The notes below the pieces were generated by a model. It was not told where the DNA came from. It did not search any database and saw nothing but the letters and a program-made list of their open reading frames with translations. A stretch of 64,000 bases of DNA from Selaginella moellendorffii (taxonomy: Eukaryota; Plantae; Lycopodiophyta), in the NCBI RefSeq assembly GCF_000143415.4, contig NW_003314335.1, forward strand, positions 722,834 through 786,833, written 5' to 3'. Of this stretch, positions 29,721 through 42,324 are shown piece by piece (position 1 is the stretch's first letter; each line of letters opens with the position of its first letter). The position numbers and the translations under genes are program-made.

Positions 29721-29937
29721 TGTTATGAGCTATTCTTGGCTCATAACTAGTACGGATGCGGGACGACAGGGGATCCATACGAGACATATATGGTCCGACT
29801 GGCGCAAAGCGGGAGGGTAGGTTTTCGTTGTTCTCTTCTTCTTCTTCCAGGCCTTGAGCCTTTTCTCTTCTCTTGTTTCTCATGTGAATCACTCATTAAT
29901 GGATCACATCCTTTTTGATTGGATTCTCATCCTAACA
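29721..29937 (+). repeat. 5' LTR of element A (217 bp)
   Basis: Differs from the 3' LTR by about 5 substitutions and a 3-bp indel (counted by eye). Confidence 0.95.
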
Positions 29938-29939
29938 TT

Positions 29940-29951
29940 TGGTATCAGAGC
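29940..29951 (+). promoter_or_regulatory. Primer-binding site (tRNA-iMet) of element A
   Basis: TGGTATCAGAGC directly after the LTR. Confidence 0.9.
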
Positions 29952-30161
29952 ATTGATCAGGACCTTGGCAAAGATCATTCGGGATATCGCATCGTGGGAG
30001 AGAGGTTTGGTCCACGTCCTTAGCTCCACGGCATTCGCCCGATCTAGGGTACAGCTGTCTCAGCAGGGCATCCGACAGGAGGTGTTTGCGGCGGCGATCA
30101 TTTACCCTAGGCTGCCGTGGGCGATCTGGGCTTGGGCGAGAGCAAGGCGCCAGAAAGAAGC

Positions 30162-33100
30162 AATGCCACCATGGAACAAAGGAAAAAAAGAGGTGAAATC
30201 TTCCCCGTCAGCCGATGGAGAATCCAGCAATGTTGAGGTGGTCGATCCAGTGAATTCTCCACAGGTAGTGCCTAAGCCGGTTGGTGAGTTGAGGGAGGTG
30301 TTGCAGTCTTTCATGCAACGCTATGTGACGAATCATCAGCAGGACTTGGAGAGGTTCCAACAATTGCAGCATACCTTGGCCATCATCGAGCACAATCAGG
30401 CCACTATGGGTGGCAAGATAGAGGAGCTGGGGGAGCAGCAGCGGGTTTTGACAGAGAAGCAAGAACAGATGGGGTCTAGGGTCAAGGATCGAGGAGACCC
30501 TGATCTGAAAGACATTGTGCACCGGTTTTCTGACGAAGATTGGTTCCAAGATTCGAGTCCTGAATTACCCCCAACAGGTGATCGACCTTGGTATGATGAC
30601 TTGCTGGAGAAGATGAAGTCACCAGTTCCAGAAGGAGGGGCCAAGGGGATACTCGGGAGGGGTCCAGGGATGGGGTCACGGTGGCAGGATCGGGAGAAGC
30701 TCAATATACTGGAGTACGATGGCTCAAATGATCGGCTAAGACTTCAAGATTGGCTCCGCAAGCTGGAGTGGTGTTTTGTGTGGCAAGATACCAAGGGAGT
30801 GGATAAGGTTCCCTTTGCATCAATCTTCTTGAAGGATCTGGCATCTGAGTGGTTTCATAACTTGGAACGAGCTCGCATATTTCTGGACTGGGAACAGTTC
30901 AAAGTCTTGATCACAGACACTTTCATCCTGACCCCAGTTTTGGAGCTGCCCTTCAACAAGTTGTGCGACCTTCGCTATGATTGGCAACATCAAACTCTCC
31001 AGGCATTCAATACAGGATGGTTACGGGCCAGATATGAGGTAGTGGGAGTTTCAGACGAGATTTTGGCCCAGCGTTACGTAGCAGCGCTGCCCTCATCAAT
31101 GGCAGGTGATGTTGCTCAAACCAAACCAGTTTCTGTGCGTCAGGCAATGGTGGCAGCATTGAATGCAGACCAGCGGTTTCGTGAATGGGAGTCTCGATTG
31201 CGTCGTCCTGATATAAGCAGGCTTCATCGTCAGGATTTCCCAGCTGCATCACCGACCCCTACGCCGACAGTGTTGCCGACAGTGAACAGTGATAAGGAAC
31301 GCAAGCCTTGGCGAGATCTATCCACTCAGGAACGGGCCAAACGCTCAGAGGATTTGAAGCTAGGCAAATGCTTTGATTGTGGGCAGAAATGGACTCGAGG
31401 CCACCATTTGGTTTGCCCATCTCGGAAGGGTGCTACAGTTCCCAAGGCAAAGGTGGCGATGCTACATTTTTGCGAGGCTGCTTCTGGGGAATTTGTTCCA
31501 GTCGACATGGACACGGTTGATGAGAGTGAGGAGATCTTTGTTTGGGAATCAGGGAACAACAGCCCGGGCTTGGAGGACCCGGACAGCTCAGGTGGCAAGG
31601 CATTTATCTCCTGCTCAGCATATTTTGGAAAGACTGGTCCGCAGTGTTTCCGGGTGCGGGGAACAATTAATGGCAGAGTGGCATTCGGCCTGGTTGACTC
31701 TGGCGCCTCACACACGTTTGTGAATCGGCGGAGTTTATCACAGCTGAAGCTCCTTCCGTTGCATACCAACAATCTTTTGAATGTCGAGATTGCGGATGGA
31801 GGGATGGTGGAATCATCTCAAGTGGTGGATTGTGCATTTGTGGTTGGGGAGTACACAGTGAAGGGTTGGTTCCATGTGCTGGATATGGGTGCAGTGGACG
31901 TAGTCATCGGGGTGGAGACTCTCCAACAGCTTGGGGATATCATGGTGAACTTCCAGGAGCAACCATGATAACGTCTCAGCTTCAATAACAACGGCAAGAG
32001 GGTCACTTGGGCGGGTATCGAGGTTCCCCAGGACTGCTCAACAGTGTCTTACGCCCAGTGTGCTCGGATGTGTGGGAAGGGCGCAATCGCCGTACCAGTT
32101 GAAGCTGGAGACCAAACAGAAAGGTTGCAAAAGGTTGAGAGAGATGAGATGATGCAGTGCAGAGTGGCTGATAGCAAGAATTCAGTCGCTCAGCAGGAGG
32201 AGTTTCATGAGCTTCAACAAGATATTCTCAGGTTGATGATTCCAGGGGATTTGCGTGAGGTTCTCCTCCGTCATCTACCAGTTTTCAGACACCAAGTTTC
32301 TTTGTTGGTGTCATCTAGAACAGGTGTGGAACATTCCATTGTTCTAGAGGGCAACTCCATTCCAGTTACTCGTCCATTTTTGAGATTATCACGGGAGGAA
32401 TGTCAAGAGGTTGACAGGATGACAGATGAGCTTCTCCAGCAGGGACTGATAGAGCCGAGTTCTAGTCCATTTGCGGCTCCCATTTTGCTGGTTCTGAAAA
32501 AAGATGGTGGTTGGCGACTGTGTGTGGACTACAGAGCACTGAACAGAATCACAGTCAAAAACAGGTTTCCTATTCCGAGGGTGGAGGAATTGATGGATGA
32601 GCTTGGGGGAGCCTGTTTCTTCACAAAGCTGGATTTGAGATCGGGGTATTATCAAATCAATGTGGTGGAACGTGATCGTCACAAAACTGCATTCAGGACA
32701 CACAGGGGTCTTTTCCAGTTTAAGGTGATGCCCTTTGGGCTCACTAATGCACCAGCCACATTTCAAGCTGCCATGAACAAGGTGTTGGGACGGTTCTTGT
32801 TCAACTTTGTGGTGGTGTTCTTCGATGACATCTTGATCTTCAGCCGAACTTGGAAGCTGCACCTCAATCACGTGGAACAGGTACTGCAAGCGTTGGAGGA
32901 AGCAGGAATGGTGTGCAAGCTCGCAAAGTGTTCTTTTGGTGCTGTGGAAGTGGACTACCTGGGATTTAAGGTGGCTGAGGGACAGGTGATGGCGGATCCA
33001 AACAAGTTAGAGGCTGTTGCTGACTGGCCGATACCACAAACCATGAAACAGCTTCGGGCCTTCTTGGGATTTGCCAACTATTTGCGGAAGTTTGTTAAGC

Positions 33101-34734
33101 ATTTTGCTTCAGTAGCTGCTCCTCTCACAGATCTCCTCAGGTCGACACAATTCTGTTGGGATGTTAGGGCCCAGCAGGCGTTCATGAATCTCAAGCAATG
33201 AATTGTGGAGGCTCTGGTTCTGGTGTTGCCAGATTTTTCAAAGGAATTCACAGTAGACTAATGCATCAGACCAAGGAGTGGGAGGAGTTTTACTCCAGCA
33301 GCATGGCATTGTTGCTTTTGAGAGCCGCCGGTTTACGGAGATTGAATCCAGAGCTCCAGTATACGAACAGGAAATGGCAGGTGTTATGCATGCTGTTCGT
33401 CGATGGAAGCATTATTTGGCTTTCCGTCATTTTCGGCTTCACACTGATCATGTGAGCATTCGGTTTTTGCTCACTCAACCCCACCTCAACAAGAAGCAGA
33501 TGCGTTGGGTGGACGAACTTCAAGCCTTTGACTTCACTATCGAGTATCGACCAGGTGCTTCCAATGTACTTCAGATGCTCTTTCACGGAAGTTTGCACGC
33601 ACCGAGGAGTCAGCTCTCTATGGGATTTCTCGCCTGCAACCGGAGTACGTAGAGCAGATTCGGGAGGGGTACGCACAAGATGTGGCCCTTCAACAGATTC
33701 TAGAGCAGCTTCAGAATGGGGAGCAGCATCCCAAGCTAGTCCTCATTGATGGCATTCTCTGGTCAAAGGGACGGGTGTTTCTCAACAACAAGCATCCATT
33801 GCGACAAGAAATTTTCCGTGAGTGTCATCAGGGAATTCTTGCTGGACATCCCGGGGTGGCAGCAACATTGGCGGCAATCAAGCTTCACTTTGTTTGGAAA
33901 GGCATGCAGCGAGAAGTGAAGGCGTGGATTCAAGAATGTCCGGTATGTCAGGTGGTAAAGACAGAGACAGTGGCTTCTCCAGGTCTTCTCCAGCCATTAC
34001 CAGTTGCAGATGGTCCCTTTACTAGCATTTCCATGGACTTTGTGGGGGGTCTGCCTCGTTGCCAAGGAAAAGACATGATAATGGTGGTGGTTGACCGTTT
34101 CAGCAAGACAGCTCGGTTTCTGCCAACGACAAGTTCAGTGTCTGCAGCAGGGATAGCCGAGTTGTTTTCTCGAGAAGTGATTTGCTTCCATGGTCTGCCT
34201 CGGGAGATTGTTTCTGACCGGGATCCGAAGTTCCTCAGCTTGTTCTAGCGTCACCTTTTTTCAGCTCTTGGGACCAAGCTCAGCTTCAGTTCAGCGTATC
34301 ATCCCCAATCGGATGGGCAGACAGAACGAACCAACCAGACAATGGAGGTATTTCTCAGAGGTTACACACTAGATCGTCTTACATCATGGCTGCACTGGCT
34401 CCCATATGCAGAATTTGCATATAATTCGGCCTGTCATTTTGCTACAGGGTTTGCTCCTTTGGAGATTCTCTATGGGCGTCGAATCCTATGTTGGCCAGCT
34501 CCCGCACTTCCGGTCCCAGAGGTGACAGTTTCTGGACATCTAGAGACCATTCGGGAGTTGCATCAACAAGTTCATAGCAGGTTGGAGGCAGCTCGTGCAA
34601 CCATGAAACTTCAAGCTGACAAGCATCGGAGTTTTCGAACATTCACTATTGGCGACCTGGTGTACATCAAGTTCCGACCCCATCGTCACACTCTAGGCTG
34701 TCGAGCGGGCTCTCGATCCAAGCTGACTCAATGC
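30162..34734 (+). pseudogene. gag-pol of element A (nonsense codons and frameshifts; interrupted at 34734)
   Basis: CFDCGQKWTRGH knuckle, LVDSGASH protease, FFDD RT, RNase H, GHPG..CPVCQ, integrase SDRD..HPQSDGQTER. Confidence 0.9.
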
Positions 34735-36321
34735 AAGCTCTATTTCGTTAAAGTGGGATTTATTCAGTAAAATGGGACTAGGTACAAATTTTCAAGTATT
34801 TGAAAATGACGTGAAATTATATGTTTTTTGTCCAGGGGCTAGACATATCTGGGGCATGGTGACTAGCGCGGTGACTTTATGTCCAAACTGAGTCCATCTG
34901 GTTGTATAATAAATCTCATTGTCAAGGTGAACAAGCCGAATCTAAAGCTAAAGAAGAGTGATGGCATGCGCGCACACACTATTTGTTTGTTCATTGAGCG
35001 TGTGGTGAGCTTTCCAAGATGAACGTCATTCCTATTAGCCAGACTTATAACTTAATGGTGAGAACATTTAGATATTATTCAATGTTATCTTTTTCTAACG
35101 AATCTAATTGTGAAGGTGTAGCAAGAGGCATTGCTAGTCTGGAGAAGTCATTTAACTCATTTGACCCTTAGTGTATTTTCATGAAACTAAATAACATTCA
35201 TATTATTAAGGAATTTCTCTAGTACCTTTTTTTTACGACATAGAGGCTTGCATTTCTTTCAAAGGTGATTTAGTAAAAGGCCTGAGGGCACATGCCATTC
35301 TATTTCTCAGACCGGTATTAAGATATACTAGTGCAAAGGGAAAAAGGTATTTGGTGATCAAGTAAATGGCATGAGGGCACACGCCATTATAAGCCTAAGC
35401 GCTAGTGGACACCTCCTTTTTGGTACTCTCAGCGGTACTATCATCCTTCTCCGGGTCAGTTGTTTTGCTTTGGATTGTTGTCTCTGACGTTACTGGGGCG
35501 TTCTCGATAGTTGTTAATGTTGCCGTTTGTTCAGAAAAATGATCACCTGGAGTATAGTACGGGGAGTTTGGAAGACTTATATATTCTACATCTTCAGTTA
35601 TCTCCTTCTCCGTCTCCTTTTCTGCCTCACTTACAGATTTTGTGCTTGCCATGAGAACGCTCTTCACCCTAAAATATGGAGTTCGTTGTGTTATAAAAGG
35701 AAACCAACACACACACTGCAAGGGAATGATGGTACATAAAGCACGTAAGCCCACAATATGGGTTTATGTGCCATTAATATGGGCCACACGCCATATTATT
35801 AGATTTATGCATGTGTGATTGGTAAATGCATATGTCACATCATCTTTGTTTTACCTCACACACTATATCAGGCCTAATGAACCATATCACATGTGCGCAC
35901 ATGCTATATATATGGAGAAGTATTATGCAAGGATAGAAATTCAATGCATGATTGTGAAGAGCAATGGCATGAAGCCACATGCTAAATAACATTTTAGAGA
36001 AAGAATTAAAATAAAAACATGCAAACAGTACTAAGTGGACCAAGACTTAGAAGTGCACAATTGAATGAGGTATTTCTAATAAATACTTCACTCACCTCAT
36101 ATAGGAATGGCTACCACTCTCAAATGGCATATCGCCTCATGCCATCACCTCGCAATTTGTTATAACAATCCGATGAATTCATATTCGGCTTGTTCACCTT
36201 GAACTTTAAGTAAGATTTGCTAGAACAACTAAGAATTTATACTTGTTATTTGTATCATCTCACCTAGGAATGGCGTAAGGCCACATGCCATCACGCCTCC
36301 TCTGATTCAGATTCGAATTGT

Positions 36322-39300
36322 TCACCTTGAAATAAAATACATTAGAAACTTAGTAATGGAATATTCATGAATCTCACCTTGAACCCGGGTTATGAATGCT
36401 CTTGCTACATCTCTTGCATGGTCTGGCAAGGTGATGGTGGCACTCTGCTTCCGCATCCAACCATGCACAACATTATCCACCGATATGCTCATGCTGGGAT
36501 CCCTTGGATTCAGCACCCATCTCTTTTCTAGGCAATCCTTCGTATATCCGGAACTTGGCTTGAACCACTCCACAGTTACATTGAAGGAGTTAGTTTCCGC
36601 ATCCTCCTCTGCATCAGTGATGCAGCGCCCCACCCATATCATTTGTTTTTTATTACTGGGTCTGACAAGCACGACCATTCCTTTGCAGACCTGTACTGGA
36701 TTGAATGCTGAATCCGGCTTCTTGTTCCTCGGCCCACAATAGTGATCCTCAACATCGTTATCTGTCACTGCATTTCCAGAGGACATTGTTCCGCTACTAT
36801 CTGGTGCTCTGGGTTCTGGCCAAAATGACTCTTCCAATTCTTCATATACAACCGGCCCATTTTGGATAGCAGATATAATCTTCTCCCAGTATTCGAGCAA
36901 AGGCTTGCACCTCTGAAAATAGGATTCTCCACCAAACACCAACCCCCTCTTCCAGAAGGCAATATGCTGTCTAATCCCGGCCACTATACTTTCCTGGTCT
37001 TTGAGTCCATCTGGGTGCATCGGCCGTGGGGAACCCTGAGGAATCATAGGTTCCCCAGTTATGGGATCTCTCTTGAAGAGTTCAATGCCGTCCACTGGCA
37101 GCCACACTGTGTCCCATTCTCTCATCTTGTATCTCATTACTGGAGCACCGTCACACATACTGAAATGAAGCTGAAGAGGCTTGGAGTGGCCAATCAGCGT
37201 TTCAGATCCGTCCTTGATGTAGCCTCTTACAAACCCCTTAAAGTCTGGAACCTCTGTCAGAAGTGCAGCTTCAATAGTGCCTTTGATGCAATTTTGGAAT
37301 TCATCGTAGAGTTGTGGGAGGGTGAGGACATTGGATCGCCGGAGGGACTCTGCCAGGTGACTGAACATGGCATCAACGTCTTCATGAGTGTGCCCAACCA
37401 TGAGAAAGCCAAGTGTAACCGTTTCAAATATGCCTTTGGCAACAAGCATCGCCAAGTACGCGAAGACGTACATGTTTTTGTTCTCACTGCCAGCATTGTC
37501 TGTTTGGAGCAGAAGATGGGGTGGAAGGCCACATCGGCCGCAAGAACTTCCTTGAGATTCTACTTCGTTTGGATGAGGCTGTGCATTCACCGGGTGACCA
37601 GCCTCGTCGGAATGGCATGAGGCCTCACGTGATAACCCTACAATCTGACGGCCAACATATTCACTGGGATGGCATGGGGCCCCACGCGATACTGCAAGCC
37701 TTTGCTCCTCCTCCAGCTGAACCCTGTATGGGGTTCGATCGACAAGGGCCTTATGCAAGGGTTGGCCGTTCAGCTCAGTCTGCGCACTTTGCAGAGACCT
37801 TAAGTGTTTTGCTAGGGACGCAATCATCATGTTCGCACCCCCGCCACCCCATAGAGGTACAAAGAAGTTCCCATAGTTCTGGGCACCATGCCCATGAGCG
37901 ATTATGCCAAACAGAGACACAGGCAGTTGCATGGATGAAGAGATTGCCTTGGGGGCAGGATTGAGTCGAGGTAAGCACGTCTTTTTCTGGTCCATTTTGT
38001 CGTGGATGATGCAGAGGTAAGAGTCAGGTCTCTCCATGGAGAGAATCTTGTTATGATAATATGCAGTCCTGCAGCTTCTCTGCTCGATGTTGTGGTCGAG
38101 CCGCCTTCTAACCAACGTCTCTCGCTCTTGAGCGGTGCAAGAATTCTTCGACAAAGCCATTTTGATAGCAGTGCACTCGTCACACTTTGAAAAGTTGGAG
38201 TACTTTCCTATACTCACATCCCTGAACCCGTTGCTCCACAATCTACTAAATCTAGATTGGCTCAGCTTCCTGTAGCCATTACTCTGGAGTTCCCGATTCA
38301 CATCTTCCAATATGGCCCCCTTGGTATACATGGAAGGGAGAACTCGTTGGGTGTCTCGTGTTCCATCTTCCAAGAGGCGGGTTTTATGTGGTTGCTGCTC
38401 GCTACATGTTTCGACAAACCTCTTGAAGATTGCCTCTCCATATACAACATGACCCCTGGTTTTGTGCGCACCGTCGTTCCCATGGACTGCCTGTTGAACC
38501 CTTTGTTCCTCGAACTCAGTTTTGATTCTGTAGAATGTGGTTCGAGGGACTCCATAAATGATTCTCTATGCCTTCATGCAGACCAAACCCTTCTGGAAGA
38601 CCATGCCCCCCACCTGATATTCTGAAGCATCAACAGATGACCGTAATGCCTCATACACAAAATTGCGAGCTGCCTTCCAGGACAATGTCTTGTATCTTGC
38701 TCTCTCCTCTTCAATAGCATCCCAATCAGCATGTTGACAGCACCTCCTCTTGCAACAAGCAACTGTCGAGACCATTCGAACCTCCATCGCCATTTTCTGC
38801 TTTTTCGGTTCGTTGCTTAGATCCCTTTGGCTGCGCTTTAGGAAGGTGTACTTTCTTTTCCCATGAAGAGATGTTCTGTCATCAGTTGTAGTGGTGTTTG
38901 ATTGTGAATCCTTCACATTCTCAAACACTAAGTGCCTCAATTTCCACCGCACAATGCTTCCAATAGTCAGACTGTTTTCTTTTGTGTCAACAACCTCTAA
39001 AATCGCAACTCCAATATCATCCCAGCCCAATTCTTGATTAGCAACCGCATCTCTTGGATCGACAACTGTGGCTAAGCCCTCAGCTACCACCTCCCCTTCG
39101 GGGTTGTTTAGAAACACCTTCGCCTGAATCCATGTAGCACGGTTCTTAAGATCCACGGAGGGAACATGCGTCGCACTTGCGCTGTCCCCAACATCTGCTT
39201 TCTTCTGAAGATTTTTCAAGGCAACAACAACATTTACCCCGACGACCATCTCTCCTCGTTCAATAGCGACCACATTCCCATCGAAGACAGTCTCTACTGA

Positions 39301-39432
39301 TACAGCAGCATTGCCTTCCCCAAGCTTTTGACAGTGTATAACAAAGTTCCAATCCATAGACACAAGGGTCCCTTTTGCAACTCTCTTCCCACCATTCAAA
39401 ATGTAAACCTTTTCCCCAACCCTGAAGGCCAT
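36322..39432 (-). pseudogene. DDE transposase (Sola-like), about 1037 codons, with one in-frame TAG at 38566-38568
   Basis: ORFs 38566-39432 and 36322-38373 are in the same frame and the bridge (RIIYGVPRTTFYR..HGN) is open. Motifs CC..CC/VC, FSKCDEC, DKMDQKK, LQTDNAGSENKN, FLMVGHTHEDVDAMFS. The N-terminus has two VA.G...V.V repeats resembling Tnp1/En-Spm-like domains. Confidence 0.8.
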
Positions 39433-40299
39433 TCTGAAAGTGCAGAAAAGAAGTTAAGACCATAAAAAAAATGATTGGAGAATGGCCTAAATCATAACAT
39501 ACCAAACAACCTCAATAGCATGAGGCCGCCATTATTCAAACATGCTATTGACACCCACGTGAAATTTCGCATTCACAAAATTGGCATGAGGCCTCATGCC
39601 ATCTTGATATACACACAGCTGCAGGCAAGTAAAAACATACATGACAATACGCTAGCCATGAAATTGCAAGGGCCCAAGATGGCATGTGGCCTCATGCCAT
39701 TTCTAAATGTGGTCCTAAGCCATTCCATGGTGAACATACCAGGAAGCACAAGTGCCGAATATCAAGAGGAAGCGGTAGCCACACCAAAGACAGTGCCACT
39801 CGCAACACCGCAACTACTTGTAGTGCCGCTCGCAACACCGCAACTGCTCGTAGCGCCGCTCGCACAAACTGCCACTCGCATAAACTGCCGCTCGCAATGG
39901 CGCTCGCAATGCCGCAACCGCTCGTAGACGCATAAACCACAGCCCACAACGCCGCTTACACAAGCAGCGCTCACTGCGCTCAGTGGAACCAAGAACACGG
40001 CGCACAAAAATGATAGACCTAGGAATGAGTTCGAGAATTCAAAAATAACACACGCTTGAACGTCACATAAAATCCTCTGACAAACCAGATCTTATGATTC
40101 CTTTGACAAATTTCAAACTGAGTAGCTTCTAGACTTTGCTGTCAGAGGTTGAACTTTGTCACATCATGTCCTTGCCTCGATCCAGCTGTGCCATGTCAGT
40201 GATTCGAACTTTGCCATGCCATGTCAGCGATTCGCGCCAAGATTATTCGCCGTGTAAAGGAATAATTATGCTGTGTGTGTACGTCCATTTATGGCAATA

Positions 40300-41610
40300 T
40301 AAGGCCACACGCCATTCAAAGAATAATGCTAGTCGAGCATTTTTTGGTGCATTTTTGGGTTCAAAATTGCATGAGCCCACACGCTATAAAGTTTACCTGT
40401 ACCAAAAATAGAAACAGCTTTATTTACTTGGGAATTTAAGTGGTTGAGGCATTTTTAAACTTACAAACACATGCCCTACTTACATTCCTTTGGTTGCTTA
40501 AAATTCAAAAATATTATAAACCTTTCTTTTTGCATTTTCAATGTTTTCAATTATGGTTTTTGATTTTCGCAGGACCAGCCTAGTAATCTATTTGCATCCC
40601 GTCATGTTTATAGCTAGCTTTTGTTTGTCCCCTTCGCTAGCCTGAGATACATCTGCTCGGCATTTGCCTCTTACAGCATTTGCCCAGAAAGGGCATCTTT
40701 CTTCACGCAGCATTTGCCACATGTTTAGGGTTTAGGGTTTAGCAATTCAGTAGCTTGATAAACATGCAAATACAGAACTTGATGCAAAATCCTTTGATAT
40801 ATCACAATGCCCCTAGGACCATAACACATTTCAATAGAGAGGGTCCTTTCATTTCATAACTCCTTACGTAGATCTTGGTGAAACCAGAGTTAGTGAAGTT
40901 AGTTTCTTGTGATCCCACATCTGATTGTGATGTCCCTTTGCAGTGTCGATGGAAAGGTCAATGCACACCAAACTGTAAAATCTTGGAGCAAAATAACGGT
41001 CGGATCTATGGCAAATGCCCCTGAAACATTGTAAGGCTCGTGTGGTCTCATGTGGTGTCCGATCGAGATGCTTCTTTGCAGAGTCATCAAGAAAGACATT
41101 GTATACCATTCTGTAAAATCTAGTTGCGATCTAACGGTTGGATCTCCAGAAAACTCAAAAAAATCTCGCGCATGTTAGAATATCCTAGGAATATACTCCT
41201 ATGTGCCCCTGAAAATGGCATGCGGCCCCACGCCATTCAAGAGATAACGCCAGATGACGCCGAGAATTTTTTGGTGCATTTTTTGGGTTCAAAATTGCAT
41301 GAGCCCACACGCTATAAAGTTTATCTTTGCCAAATAGAGAAAAGTTTATCTGTGTCATGTGAGGTAGTTACAGTCCTTTGTGCTCGACATCTGCCTCTTG
41401 CAGCATTTGCACTGAAAGGGAATTTTTCTCCATTTAGCATTTGGCCTTAAAACTGGCATGCGCCCACACGCCATTCAAGGAATAACGCCACAGGAGGCCT
41501 GGATTTTTGGGTTTAAAATGTTTAGGGTTTTTTGGGTTTTTTCAAAATATTTTGGGTCCAACGTTTTTTGGGTTTCTTTGCTTCAAAATTGCATGAGCCC
41601 ACACGCTATA
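40300..41610 (+). repeat. Three ~100-bp internal direct repeats in the transposon's intergenic region
   Basis: cacgccattcaa...ttcaaaattgcatgagcccacacgctata at about 40308-40390, 41229-41316 and 41467-41610. Confidence 0.85.
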
Positions 41611-42324
41611 ATATTGATTTGAGAGAAAAATAGAAATAGATAGAATTTCTTTATTTAGCTGAACATCTGCCATTTTTGGAAATACAAGATGCTTTGGAAT
41701 ATCCAATCATGCATGGTATAAATATAGCGAGGGTATTAAATGATATCCCAATCATGATCTTTCTTTTGGATTTCGCGTGCATGCAGTCCGAGGAATGATG
41801 ACGTTGCGGATTTCTTTTGGATTTTGCGTGCTTGCATGTGCGCGGCAATCCAGAAATTAATGGTGGCGCCCAAGTCCGAGGAATGATGACGTGGTGGGAT
41901 TACCAACCGTTGTGACATTTCGCGCGTGTGAGGTTAGGTTTTGCATTTTGCTTCGTACTCGCGCTCGCGCTCGCATCACACTCGCGCTCCCGCTCGCATC
42001 GCGCTCCCACTCGCGATCACGCTCACTTCTCTACAGGTTTCTCGTGTGCATCGGCGTCCACTCGCGCTTGCATCACACTCGCGCTCGCATCGCGCTCGTG
42101 TGCATCGGCGTCCACTTCAAGACACACCCAGTTTGTAACTTCGCCGCCAACTCCGCCGCTCACTCCGCCACCCACACGCAGCCCACTTGGCGTCCTGGGA
42201 GATTTCAGCGCCACTCTCCAACTGTAAGTGGCAGAGTAGCCTTGCTGCTACGATCCGCTGCACACACAGTGCACATTCGCCAGCGAGTCCAGCCTCGATT
42301 GTCACAGCCTCCATTCGGCTTCAA

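Noticed and set aside
40725-40742. TTTAGGG tract as a telomere
   Set aside because: Fewer than 3 units and interstitial; telo-box-like at most.
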